Below the pieces are notes generated by a model that saw nothing but the letters and a program-made list of their open reading frames with translations, did not search any database and was not told where the DNA came from. This document shows positions 47,291-56,529 of a DNA stretch of 64,000 nt, one piece after another. How positions within the stretch are numbered: position 1 is the stretch's first letter; every line of letters begins with the position of its first letter. A program made the position numbers and the translations under genes. The stretch lies in the NCBI GenBank assembly GCA_002715505.1, contig PAZF01000009.1, forward strand, positions 4,583 to 68,582, read 5' to 3'. The DNA comes from Candidatus Pelagibacterales bacterium (lineage in GTDB: Bacteria; Pseudomonadota; Alphaproteobacteria; TMED109).

Positions 47291-47533
47291 ATGGCGAAAG
47301 GTGAAGTTAGGTGGTTTAATTATAAAAAAGGATACGGTTTTCTTTCCCAAGAAGGAAAAGAAGACAGTGATATCTTTGTTCATATTTCTGCAGTAAAGGA
47401 TTCTAATGTTAAGAGATTAGAAAAAGGACAAATTGTAGAATATGAGATCCAAGAACAAGACAATGGTAAAAGTGCTGCTGCTAATATAAAAATTTTGCAA
47501 GAAGCTCCAGAAGAAGCTAAAGAAGAAAAATAA
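47291..47533 (+). CDS. cspA: Cold-shock domain protein
   Basis: 80-aa ORF with RNP1/RNP2 motifs (KGYGFL, DIFVHIS) and a short acidic C-terminal tail. Confidence 0.9.
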   Translation: MAKGEVRWFNYKKGYGFLSQEGKEDSDIFVHISAVKDSNVKRLEKGQIVEYEIQEQDNGKSAAANIKILQEAPEEAKEEK

Positions 47534-47561
47534 CTAAGCATTTACTTTAGATTGCTAATCA

Positions 47562-48422
47562 TTAATTAAATACTATAGTACTGTTCTTGTTTATTATTAT
47601 ACGGTGTTGTATGTGCCATTTAATTGCTCTAGTCAATACTACATTTTCTATATCTCTTCCCATAGATACAAAATCCTGAAGACTTTTCGTGTGGTCTACT
47701 CTACCAACATCCTGTTCAATAATTTGTCCTTCATCTAGTTCATCTGTAACATAATGGGCAGTAGCTCCTATTATTTTTACACCCTTCTTATATGCTTGAT
47801 GATAAGGCCTAGCTCCTTTAAAGCTAGGAAGAAAAGAATGATGAATGTTAATTATTTTACCCTGAAGTTTTTTACATAGGTTAGGAGATAGTACTTGCAT
47901 ATATCTAGCCAAGACTATTAAATCAATTTTATATTTTTTTATTATAGTATATAGCGCTTTTTCTTTATTCAATTTATTATTTTTGCTTATGGGCATATAT
48001 TCATATTTTATACCATAATGTTCTACAATTTCTTTCATATCAGTATGATTAGATACAATACAAGGAATATTTACATTCAAATTATTAGTTTTCCATTGAA
48101 ATAAGATATGATTTAGGCAATGTCCAAATTTAGACACCATTATTAAAATATTTTGTTTTTTAGTATTATTATAAAAAGAAAAATTCATTTTAAATTTCTT
48201 GGAAATAGATGAAAATTTTTTTTCTATTAAATTTATACCATTTGTTTCTATAGTATTATCTATGCTTTTAAAATGTACCCTCATAAAAAAATTATTATTT
48301 CTAGTATCTCTAAATTGTGAGCTTTCTAATATATTAAATTTATTTTTAAACAGGAAATTTGAAACTGATGAAATAATACCAGGCTTATCTTTACAATTAA
48401 TTTTTAAAATATAGTTTTTCAT
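47562..48422 (-). CDS. purU: Formyltetrahydrofolate deformylase
   Basis: 286-aa ORF with an N-terminal ACT domain (INCKDKPGIISSVSNFLF) and a formyltransferase core (INIHHSFLPSFKGARPYHQA). Confidence 0.92.
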   Translation of the reverse strand: MKNYILKINCKDKPGIISSVSNFLFKNKFNILESSQFRDTRNNNFFMRVHFKSIDNTIETNGINLIEKKFSSISKKFKMNFSFYNNTKKQNILIMVSKFGHCLNHILFQWKTNNLNVNIPCIVSNHTDMKEIVEHYGIKYEYMPISKNNKLNKEKALYTIIKKYKIDLIVLARYMQVLSPNLCKKLQGKIINIHHSFLPSFKGARPYHQAYKKGVKIIGATAHYVTDELDEGQIIEQDVGRVDHTKSLQDFVSMGRDIENVVLTRAIKWHIQHRIIINKNSTIVFN

Positions 48423-48438
48423 ATAACTATTAATATGT

Positions 48439-49119
48439 TTAAATTTTTAAATTGCTAGAAAAAAGTTCAGGGGAGTTTATTTTTTTCCAAGGTTTATATT
48501 TTTTCATAATTATATTAAAAAAGTCCAAATTAGTAATTTTATCTAGCCATCTATTAACAGCAGTTAGTTTAGGATTACTTTTAAACCATTCTAGATCAGC
48601 AGTTCTAAACTGTCTGACAAGCGGGAAAATGGAAATATCTAAAATGCTAATTCTATTTTCGAATAAATAAGTATTTTTTTTTGTATATAAAGTATTTTCA
48701 ATTTCTAATAAATAGCTTTCAGCTAAATTTCTATGTATGTATTTCCCCTTAAAATGATTATCTTTTTCATATCTAGAGCTATATTTATATCTATCTAGGT
48801 GATATTTAAATTTATTATCTATTTTAGATATTAAATCTAGAGTTTCTTTTTTTTTCTTTATATAAGGGTTTAGTAAATTTAATTTATCATTATATTCTAA
48901 TGCCCAAATAATAATTTCCATACTTTCATCTAAAACTTTATTATTTAAAACCAAAACTGGAACAGTACCTTTTTTCGATACTTCTATCATCTCTTTAGGC
49001 TTATCATTAAGTTTTATTTCCCTAATTTCAAATTTGGTATTACTGAAGTATAATGCTGCTCTTGCTCTTATAGCAAAAGGACATCTTCTAAATGTATATA
49101 ATATAGGGGTTGAAACTAT
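48439..49119 (-). CDS. Glutathione S-transferase / glutaredoxin-2-like protein (start codon uncertain)
   Basis: The ORF track gives ATG 48990. The same frame continues upstream to a stop at 49129-49131 and encodes the thioredoxin-fold N-terminus ILYTFRRCPFAIRARAALYF. No ATG/GTG/TTG is available there, only ATT (49125) and ATA (49119, 49104). Confidence 0.7.
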   Translation of the reverse strand: MVSTPILYTFRRCPFAIRARAALYFSNTKFEIREIKLNDKPKEMIEVSKKGTVPVLVLNNKVLDESMEIIIWALEYNDKLNLLNPYIKKKKETLDLISKIDNKFKYHLDRYKYSSRYEKDNHFKGKYIHRNLAESYLLEIENTLYTKKNTYLFENRISILDISIFPLVRQFRTADLEWFKSNPKLTAVNRWLDKITNLDFFNIIMKKYKPWKKINSPELFSSNLKI

Positions 49120-49120
49120 T

Positions 49121-50023
49121 TTAATTCTCTCTTTTTATTTTAATTTGATTATTTCTCATTCTATATTTCTTTTTTTGCTCTTCTGTTTTAATATCATAGC
49201 ATAAATGACAAGCTTCTCCCTCAACATATTCATTTCTTTTTTTATCTATTTCTTTTAAAGGCATGCGACAAGCATGACAAATAAAATATGAACCCTTTCT
49301 TAAATTCTTATTCAGGCTAACCCTATTATCAAAAACAAAACACTCTCCTTTCCAAAGTTTAGACTTTCTATTACCCTCCAAGTATTTTAATATACCACCA
49401 TGAAGTTGGTAAACATTTTTTTTTCCTAAATTAAGTAAAAATGAACTTGCTTTTTCACATCTAATTCCACCTGTACAAAACATTGCCACATTCTTTTTTT
49501 CTATATTTTTAATATTCATTAACTCTTTCTCAAGCCATTTTAATAAACCTGTAAAATCATTGCACTTAGGATTAAGGGCTTTATTAAAAGTTCCTATATT
49601 GACTTCGTAATTATTTCTCATATCAACCAATATTGTATTGGGGTCACTTATTAATAGATCCCAATTCTCTGGTTCAACATATTTACCTGTTAATTTATTC
49701 AGGTTTATTTTTTTAGACATTCTTGTGGTTAATATTTCTTTTTTTATTTTAATTTTAAATTTTCTAAATATATGTCCTGTATTCTCAATCTTTTTAAGCT
49801 CACTTATATTGAAATTAATCAAAATTTGAAGTTCTTTTATTACATATGCAAATTTATTGGAAACTAAAGAAATATTAATATTTATACCCTCTGGTGCTAT
49901 TAAAATTATACCCTTTACGTCTATATTATAAAATATTTTTAGTAACTTATTTTTAAAGTTAAATATTTTTTTTATTTCAAAAAATTTATAAAGTGATATT
50001 ACAGTATATGTAACTTTTTTCAT
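49121..50023 (-). CDS. trhO: Rhodanese-domain tRNA uridine(34) hydroxylase (TrhO/YceA family)
   Basis: The ORF track starts at 50098. The internal ATG at 50023 (MKKVTYTVISLYKF) removes the overlap with the divergent gene. It has the hallmark rhodanese loop FCTGGIRCEKA and a Cys-rich C-terminus. Confidence 0.8.
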   Translation of the reverse strand: MKKVTYTVISLYKFFEIKKIFNFKNKLLKIFYNIDVKGIILIAPEGININISLVSNKFAYVIKELQILINFNISELKKIENTGHIFRKFKIKIKKEILTTRMSKKINLNKLTGKYVEPENWDLLISDPNTILVDMRNNYEVNIGTFNKALNPKCNDFTGLLKWLEKELMNIKNIEKKNVAMFCTGGIRCEKASSFLLNLGKKNVYQLHGGILKYLEGNRKSKLWKGECFVFDNRVSLNKNLRKGSYFICHACRMPLKEIDKKRNEYVEGEACHLCYDIKTEEQKKKYRMRNNQIKIKREN

Positions 50024-50050
50024 TAAAGATAAATAATTAATTAGAATATT

Positions 50051-50749
50051 ATGAAGATAACAAAAATAAAAAAAACTGAAACAAAAAACCTTTTTCAAAG
50101 ATGTAGAACCTATTTCTTAACTGGTATTGCTGTAACTGCGCCTATTGGTATTACAATATACGTATCAATTATTTTTATAAATTTTATTGACAGAAATGTT
50201 AAGGATCTTGTTCCTGTTGCTTATAACCCGGACACTTATTTACCCTTTAATATACCGGGAACTGGTTTAATAGTAGCGATACTTTCCTTGATAATCATAG
50301 GATTTTTTACAGCAAGCTTTTTTGGAAAATTTTTTGTGCGTCTTGGAGAGAAAGTAATTAACAGACTTCCTGTCTTTAGAAGTATCTATAATGCTTTAAA
50401 ACAAGTTTTTCAAACAGTTTTGGGAGCATCATCAAAGGCTTTTAGAGAAGTAGTTTTAATAGAATACCCTAGGAAAGGAATATGGGCTGTTGCATTTATT
50501 ACAGCAGAGACATCAGGAGAAATAGGAATAAAATTAAAAAGTAACTTTGTAAATGTTTTTCTACCTACTACTCCTAATCCTACTTCAGGTTTCTTATTAA
50601 TGGTTCCAGCAAAAGACTTGATTAAACTAAATATGAACATTGAGCAAGGTATGAAGCTTGTAATTTCAGGAGGTATTATTACACCTGAAATTAAGAATAA
50701 ATTGAAAAAAAAAATGTCTAAAGCAACTATCCGGCAGAAAGTAAATTAG
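50051..50749 (+). CDS. DUF502-family membrane protein
   Basis: 232-aa ORF with two N-terminal TM helices, and IPxxR/PxxxSIY-like and PTTPNPTSGF segments typical of DUF502. Confidence 0.7.
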   Translation: MKITKIKKTETKNLFQRCRTYFLTGIAVTAPIGITIYVSIIFINFIDRNVKDLVPVAYNPDTYLPFNIPGTGLIVAILSLIIIGFFTASFFGKFFVRLGEKVINRLPVFRSIYNALKQVFQTVLGASSKAFREVVLIEYPRKGIWAVAFITAETSGEIGIKLKSNFVNVFLPTTPNPTSGFLLMVPAKDLIKLNMNIEQGMKLVISGGIITPEIKNKLKKKMSKATIRQKVN

Positions 50750-52802
50750 TAGCATCGTTTTTTTTGAATAATTTTAAGAAATTAATCAAGATTTTTCCTC
50801 TTTCAGTTTCTAGCCTCGGATCTGCCTTTATTATACTCCTAGCTTCATTAATTGCTAGTTCTGAGAGTTTAATATGATTTTCGTAATTAAAAAATTTAAA
50901 TTCTTCTGCTCCATACTGCCTGGTACCTAATATTTCTCCTGCTCCTCTAAGTTGCAAATCTTTTTCAGCTATCTTAAATCCATCCTGTGATTCTTTTAAT
51001 ATAGAAAGTCTTTCTAAAGCTATATCTGAGAGGTTGTTTTTATAGAGCAAAACACATATACCTTCATTTTCTCCTCTACCTACTCTGCCTCTTAGTTGAT
51101 GTATTTGTGCTAAACCAAAGGTATTTGCATTGTCAATAACAATTATATTTGCATCTGGGATATCAATCCCTACTTCTATTACTACAGTAGATATTATCAA
51201 GTTAAGATGTCCTTTCCTAAATTTATCTAATACAAAAGATTTCTCACTTGAGCTCATTTTTCCGTGAAGCATAGCACTTTTTTTAAATATTTTATTTAGT
51301 TTTGCATATCTTTGCTCTACATTTGCGTCACTCTCAGTTTTTTCGTCTTCAATTCTTGGACATACCCAAAATACTTTTTTTCCTAATGATATTCTTTGAT
51401 TTAAAAATGATATTACTTGATCAATATTTTCTTCACTTTTCAATATAGTCTTAGTTTTAGAATTAAAAGGTTTCATGTGTATTGTACTTACAGATATATC
51501 ACCTAGAACTGTTAACATCATTGTTCTAGGAATAGGGGTAGCAGTTAATAATAACATATCAACTTTATCACCTTTTTTACTAAGTTTAATTCGTTGCTCT
51601 ACTCCAAATCTATGTTGTTCATCTATAATTGCAAATGATAAATTCTTGAATTTAACATCTGCTTGCAATAAAGCATGTGTGCCTATAACTAATTTGATAG
51701 TTCCATTTGATAGATCTTTTTTTATATTTTGTTTATTTAATGTAGAGGCAAAAAGTAAAGCAGTATTAATATTTTCTGTACTAAAAATTTTACTGAAAAA
51801 ATTATAATGCTGTTTTGCCAATAGTTCTGTAGGGGCTAAAAGTACTACCTGGTACCCTGATTTTAAAACATAATATGCAGACATTATTGCTACCGCGGTT
51901 TTACCACACCCTACATCGCCTTGAAGTAACCTTAGAGTTCTCTTCTTTGATTTAATATCTTCAATTATTTCATTAGCACAATTTACCTGATCCTTAGTTA
52001 ATTTAAAGGGAAGTAATTTTTTTACATAATCTATTACTTCTTTAGTATTGATATTAAAATTATTACTATGTAATTTATTAAGATTGTGTCTTAAAATAGC
52101 CAGTGAAAGTTGATATGAAAATATTTCATCATAAGCCAATCTTATAATAAAAGGTGAGTTAACAGACAATGCATTTTCTGTTTTTGGGTTATGAATATTG
52201 ACAATGCTTTCTTTGAAGCTTGGAGTTTTTTTATAAAACTTTAATAATTTTATATTCCATTCTTTCAATTCTGATATAGAAGCAAACGTATTTAATATAA
52301 TTGAATGAATAGTTTCAGATTTTAAATTTTTTCTTTGTTTGTATACTATTTGATGAAGCCTATTATCAATCAAGGAATTTCTATTAATAATTTCTGGATG
52401 AGATAATTGATATTTATTTTTATAAAATTCAATTTTGCCTTTTACCAACATCTTTTGATCTTCCGGATAGATCTTTTTAAGATAACCAGTAAATCTAGAG
52501 AAAAAAATTAAAAATATTTTTTCATCATTAAATAGAGTTAATATTCTATAAGGTATTTTTTTATTAAAATAGTTCTGATAATGCTTTACAACTTTAATCT
52601 CAATAATTACATCTTCATTATTTTTTACATTATTTAAATTACTGCATAGTTTTGCAGATAGTAATTTTTTTGGTTTAAACATAATTAAATCGATAATTTT
52701 TTTACCAATATGCTTTTCAATTAATGATAAGTGTTTTTCCTTGGGAAGAATACTTGCTATTTCGGAAAGTAAAAAATCTATGGAAGAATTTTGCATATTC
52801 AT
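50727..52802 (-). CDS. recG: ATP-dependent DNA helicase RecG
   Basis: 691-aa ORF with a wedge/OB N-terminus and SF2 helicase motifs (GDVGCGKTAVA, DEQHRFGV, TATPIPRT, QLRGRVGRG). Confidence 0.95.
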   Translation of the reverse strand: MNMQNSSIDFLLSEIASILPKEKHLSLIEKHIGKKIIDLIMFKPKKLLSAKLCSNLNNVKNNEDVIIEIKVVKHYQNYFNKKIPYRILTLFNDEKIFLIFFSRFTGYLKKIYPEDQKMLVKGKIEFYKNKYQLSHPEIINRNSLIDNRLHQIVYKQRKNLKSETIHSIILNTFASISELKEWNIKLLKFYKKTPSFKESIVNIHNPKTENALSVNSPFIIRLAYDEIFSYQLSLAILRHNLNKLHSNNFNINTKEVIDYVKKLLPFKLTKDQVNCANEIIEDIKSKKRTLRLLQGDVGCGKTAVAIMSAYYVLKSGYQVVLLAPTELLAKQHYNFFSKIFSTENINTALLFASTLNKQNIKKDLSNGTIKLVIGTHALLQADVKFKNLSFAIIDEQHRFGVEQRIKLSKKGDKVDMLLLTATPIPRTMMLTVLGDISVSTIHMKPFNSKTKTILKSEENIDQVISFLNQRISLGKKVFWVCPRIEDEKTESDANVEQRYAKLNKIFKKSAMLHGKMSSSEKSFVLDKFRKGHLNLIISTVVIEVGIDIPDANIIVIDNANTFGLAQIHQLRGRVGRGENEGICVLLYKNNLSDIALERLSILKESQDGFKIAEKDLQLRGAGEILGTRQYGAEEFKFFNYENHIKLSELAINEARSIIKADPRLETERGKILINFLKLFKKNDATNLLSAG

Positions 52803-52826
52803 ACTTATATATGGTAAAACAAAAAA

Positions 52827-53090
52827 ATGAAAAAGTATAAAAATAAACTTAGATATAGATCATGGCACAGAGGGACTAAAGAGGCGGATTTATTTCTAGG
52901 GAAATTTTTTGATAATTATATTAATAAAATGTCCCAAGAGGACTTAATTAAGTATGAAGAATTTCTAGATGAGTTTAATGATAACGATATATTACTTATA
53001 ATACAAGGACATAAAAATTGGTCAACAAAGTTACCTACAAGAATAGTAAAATTATTACAAGAGTTTATAAAAAATGAAAATTTTAGATAA
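52827..53090 (+). CDS. sdhE: FAD assembly factor SdhE (succinate dehydrogenase assembly factor 2)
   Basis: 87-aa ORF with the RGxxE motif (RSWHRGTKEADLFLGKF). Conserved recG-sdhE-mfd arrangement. Confidence 0.8.
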   Translation: MKKYKNKLRYRSWHRGTKEADLFLGKFFDNYINKMSQEDLIKYEEFLDEFNDNDILLIIQGHKNWSTKLPTRIVKLLQEFIKNENFR

Positions 53091-56000
53091 TTTAAAAAAT
53101 ATATCTACTATAAGATACTTTTCTAATGTAAATAAGGGAGTTCGGCCCTTTCTCCTTAATGAAATTAAAAATATTTATTCAAAAAAAAATGTTTTAGTTG
53201 TTTTGGATAATAATAATGAAATTAATCACTATTATTATTTATTTAAAAATTTTTTTAATTTAAATAATATTCTAAAGTTTCCATCTTGGGATAGTATTCC
53301 ATATGAAGAAGTCTCACCTAGTCAAAATATTTTAAATGACAGGTTTCAGTCTTTTAACAAGTTTCAAAATAAAAATAGTATAGAGGATTCTTTTCTTTTA
53401 TTAACTAACTTAGATGCATTTATACAGTTAATTCCAAATAAATCTTATCTTATAAATAACTATTTTAGCATTAAATTAAATGAGAACTTAAGTTTGGAGG
53501 AATTGAACTCTAAATTATATAACGAAGGCTATGAAAGGGTCAGTGTAGTACTTGAGCCTTTAGAATATGCCGTGAGAGGAGGCATTATTGATGTTTGGCC
53601 TGTAGGTGATGCTTATCCTGTAAGAATTGATTTTTATGGTAATAATATAGAAAATATAAAAGCATTTAATCCCATATCTCAAATTACAATTAAGGAATTA
53701 GAAGGAGCAATTATATCTGGTTCAATTGAGTCTCCTAAAAGCAAAACATTAAATAAAATTTTCATAGAAAATTATAGAAATCTTTTTGGTCCATCAGTGA
53801 ATAAGAATTTATTTGTACATAAACTTAAAAATAATATCAAAGCTGATGGAATAGAAAACTGGTTGCCTCTTTTTTATCCAGGCAATCTTTGTAGTATTAC
53901 AAAATTTTTTAATATAGAAGTTGTAATAGCAGATAATAATTTTTTAGAAAAATCCCAAGATAAGCTTAATAATATTTTTAATCTATATGAAGAAAAAAAA
54001 AAGTTGATAGAGAAAGAAAGTGAAGTTGTCAATTCTCCTTTACACCCTAATACTTTTTATTTATCTAGTCAAAATTTAGAAGACATATATAAAAATAGTT
54101 TTTTTAAAGAGCTAGGCTACTTATATGTAGATTCAAAAAAACCTGTTTATGAGATTAATTGTAAGGAAAATTTAGAGTTTCATAATCTAAATTTAACTAA
54201 CGAAGTAATAATTCAGAAATTAAAAGAAATCATTAATGATCTTCACCAGCAAAAAAAGATTATTATTACATATTCTCACAAAGATGAAAAAGATAAAGCT
54301 CTAAATTTATTACACAACCTAGATATTACTAATTACAGGGATAATAAAAAAAATATAAATGAATGTTTAGATAATTTTGAGATTATAGATTTAATTCTAT
54401 TTCCTTTGCTTGAAGGTTTTGAGTTATCTTTATTAAAGATTATTACCTTGAGTGAAATCTTTAAAACTAAAAGTCATTTAAAACCAAAAAAAATTAGAAA
54501 TAACTTAATTGATATAGCACAGCTTCATTTCAACGATTTAGTAGTTCATTTTTTACATGGTGTTGGTCGATATTTAGGTCTAAAGACAATAAAAATAAAC
54601 AATAGTCCTCATGATTGCTTAATAATTGAATATTTAGAAAAATCAAAATTATATGTTCCTGTTGAAGACATAAGACTAATATCAAAATTTGGAGATTCAA
54701 GAGAAAATATTATTTTGGATAGATTAGGAGCTAGCAGTTGGCTCAAAAGAAAATCAAATGTTAAAGAAAAAATTAGAGATTTGGCTAATACTTTAATTAC
54801 AGTTGCTGCAAAAAGGGCTTCATTAAAAGGAATTAAATTTGAAATTGACTATAATAAACTAGCAACTTTTTCTAAGAGCTTTATCTTTAATGAAACCGAT
54901 GATCAATTAGCAACCTTAGATGAAGTATATAGAGATCTAGGATCTGGAAAACTAATGGATAGACTTGTTTGTGGGGACGTAGGATTTGGAAAAACTGAAA
55001 TTGCTTTAAGAGCTTCCTTTATAGTTACTGATAACAATTTTTCAGTTTTATTAGTAGCTCCTACTACATTATTAGCAAGACAACATTTTATTACATTCAA
55101 AAAGCGCTTCAAAGAATATGCTCGTGTTGATCTATTAGATAGGAATATTAATTCTTCAAGAAAAAAAGATATTATAAAAGAATTTACTAATAAAGATATT
55201 AAAATACTTGTTACTACTCATGCAATATTTTCAATTAATCTGAATAAAGTAGATATAGGTTTAGTTATTATAGATGAAGAGCAGAGATTTGGTGTATCAC
55301 ATAAAGAAAAAATAAAAAAAATTAAATCTAATGTGCATTTGCTTACCCTAACAGCAACACCCATACCAAGAACATTACATATGTCCTTGCTAGGCATTAA
55401 AGATCTAAGTTTAATTAAAACTCCTCCTGTAGACAGAAAGTCTATAAATACTAAAGTAATAAAATTTGAAAGCACTATTATCAAGCATGCTATCTTTAAT
55501 GAAAAAAAAAGATCAGGTCAAATATATTTAATAGTGCCAAAAGTAAAATATATTCCTGAGATAAGAAAAAAAATAATATCTATTTATCCTAATTTAAGAT
55601 TAGGGATAGCACATGGAAAATTATCCTCAAAAGAATTAGAGCTAGCAATGAATAATTTCTATAACTATAAAATAGATCTTTTAATAGCCACAACAATAGT
55701 AGAGGCTGGCTTAGATATACCTAGAGCAAATACACTAATTGTTTATAAATCTGACTACTTTGGATTAGCACAACTTCACCAATTAAGAGGAAGAATTGGA
55801 AGAGGTGCAAAAAAGGCATATGCCTATTTTACATTAGAAAATAATAATATATCTTCTAATGCTATGAGAAGGCTGAAGGCATTACAAACTATGGATGCTT
55901 TAGGAGCAGGAATGCAACTAGCAAATTATGATTTAGATATAAGGGGTGCGGGTAATTTGTTGGGAGAAGAGCAATCTGGGCAAATTATACAGGTAGGTAT

Positions 56001-56520
56001 TGAAATGTATCAAAGGTTATTGAAAGAATGTATTAATGATTTAAAAGGGATAGAAAGCCTAAGTAATGCTGAAGAAATAGAGGTTTCTATAAAACTACCT
56101 ATATTAATTCCAGAAAAGTATATACCTGACTTATCTTTAAGACTATCTCTTTATAGAAGAGTCGGAGAATTTCAAGATTTAGAAGAACTAAATATGTTTA
56201 GAGAAGAAATGATAAATAGATTTGGTATTATACCAGAAGAGTTTTGCAACTACTTAGACGTAATGTCATTAAAACTTTTAGCTGGAAAATGCAGTATTTC
56301 TAAAATTTACGTTCTATCTAAATATTTTCAAATTACTTTTGATAAAAAAAGAAGAAATTACTCAGAAACTTTTATAAATTGGATTACTGAAAATAAAAAT
56401 CGTATTCTTTTAAAAGACAGTCATGTTATTAAAATTAATCACAATTTAGAAGATCCAAAAAAACAGCTAGTCAATATTATTGATTTAGTAAAAACTATGG
56501 TAGTATTATTAAAAAAGTAA
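53074..56520 (+). CDS. mfd: Transcription-repair coupling factor
   Basis: 1148-aa ORF with a UvrB-homology N-terminus, an RNAP-interaction domain and a RecG-like translocase (GDVGFGKTEIA, DEEQRFGV, TATPIPRT, QLRGRIGRG). Confidence 0.96.
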   Translation: MKILDNLKNISTIRYFSNVNKGVRPFLLNEIKNIYSKKNVLVVLDNNNEINHYYYLFKNFFNLNNILKFPSWDSIPYEEVSPSQNILNDRFQSFNKFQNKNSIEDSFLLLTNLDAFIQLIPNKSYLINNYFSIKLNENLSLEELNSKLYNEGYERVSVVLEPLEYAVRGGIIDVWPVGDAYPVRIDFYGNNIENIKAFNPISQITIKELEGAIISGSIESPKSKTLNKIFIENYRNLFGPSVNKNLFVHKLKNNIKADGIENWLPLFYPGNLCSITKFFNIEVVIADNNFLEKSQDKLNNIFNLYEEKKKLIEKESEVVNSPLHPNTFYLSSQNLEDIYKNSFFKELGYLYVDSKKPVYEINCKENLEFHNLNLTNEVIIQKLKEIINDLHQQKKIIITYSHKDEKDKALNLLHNLDITNYRDNKKNINECLDNFEIIDLILFPLLEGFELSLLKIITLSEIFKTKSHLKPKKIRNNLIDIAQLHFNDLVVHFLHGVGRYLGLKTIKINNSPHDCLIIEYLEKSKLYVPVEDIRLISKFGDSRENIILDRLGASSWLKRKSNVKEKIRDLANTLITVAAKRASLKGIKFEIDYNKLATFSKSFIFNETDDQLATLDEVYRDLGSGKLMDRLVCGDVGFGKTEIALRASFIVTDNNFSVLLVAPTTLLARQHFITFKKRFKEYARVDLLDRNINSSRKKDIIKEFTNKDIKILVTTHAIFSINLNKVDIGLVIIDEEQRFGVSHKEKIKKIKSNVHLLTLTATPIPRTLHMSLLGIKDLSLIKTPPVDRKSINTKVIKFESTIIKHAIFNEKKRSGQIYLIVPKVKYIPEIRKKIISIYPNLRLGIAHGKLSSKELELAMNNFYNYKIDLLIATTIVEAGLDIPRANTLIVYKSDYFGLAQLHQLRGRIGRGAKKAYAYFTLENNNISSNAMRRLKALQTMDALGAGMQLANYDLDIRGAGNLLGEEQSGQIIQVGIEMYQRLLKECINDLKGIESLSNAEEIEVSIKLPILIPEKYIPDLSLRLSLYRRVGEFQDLEELNMFREEMINRFGIIPEEFCNYLDVMSLKLLAGKCSISKIYVLSKYFQITFDKKRRNYSETFINWITENKNRILLKDSHVIKINHNLEDPKKQLVNIIDLVKTMVVLLKK

Positions 56521-56529
56521 AGGTGAACT

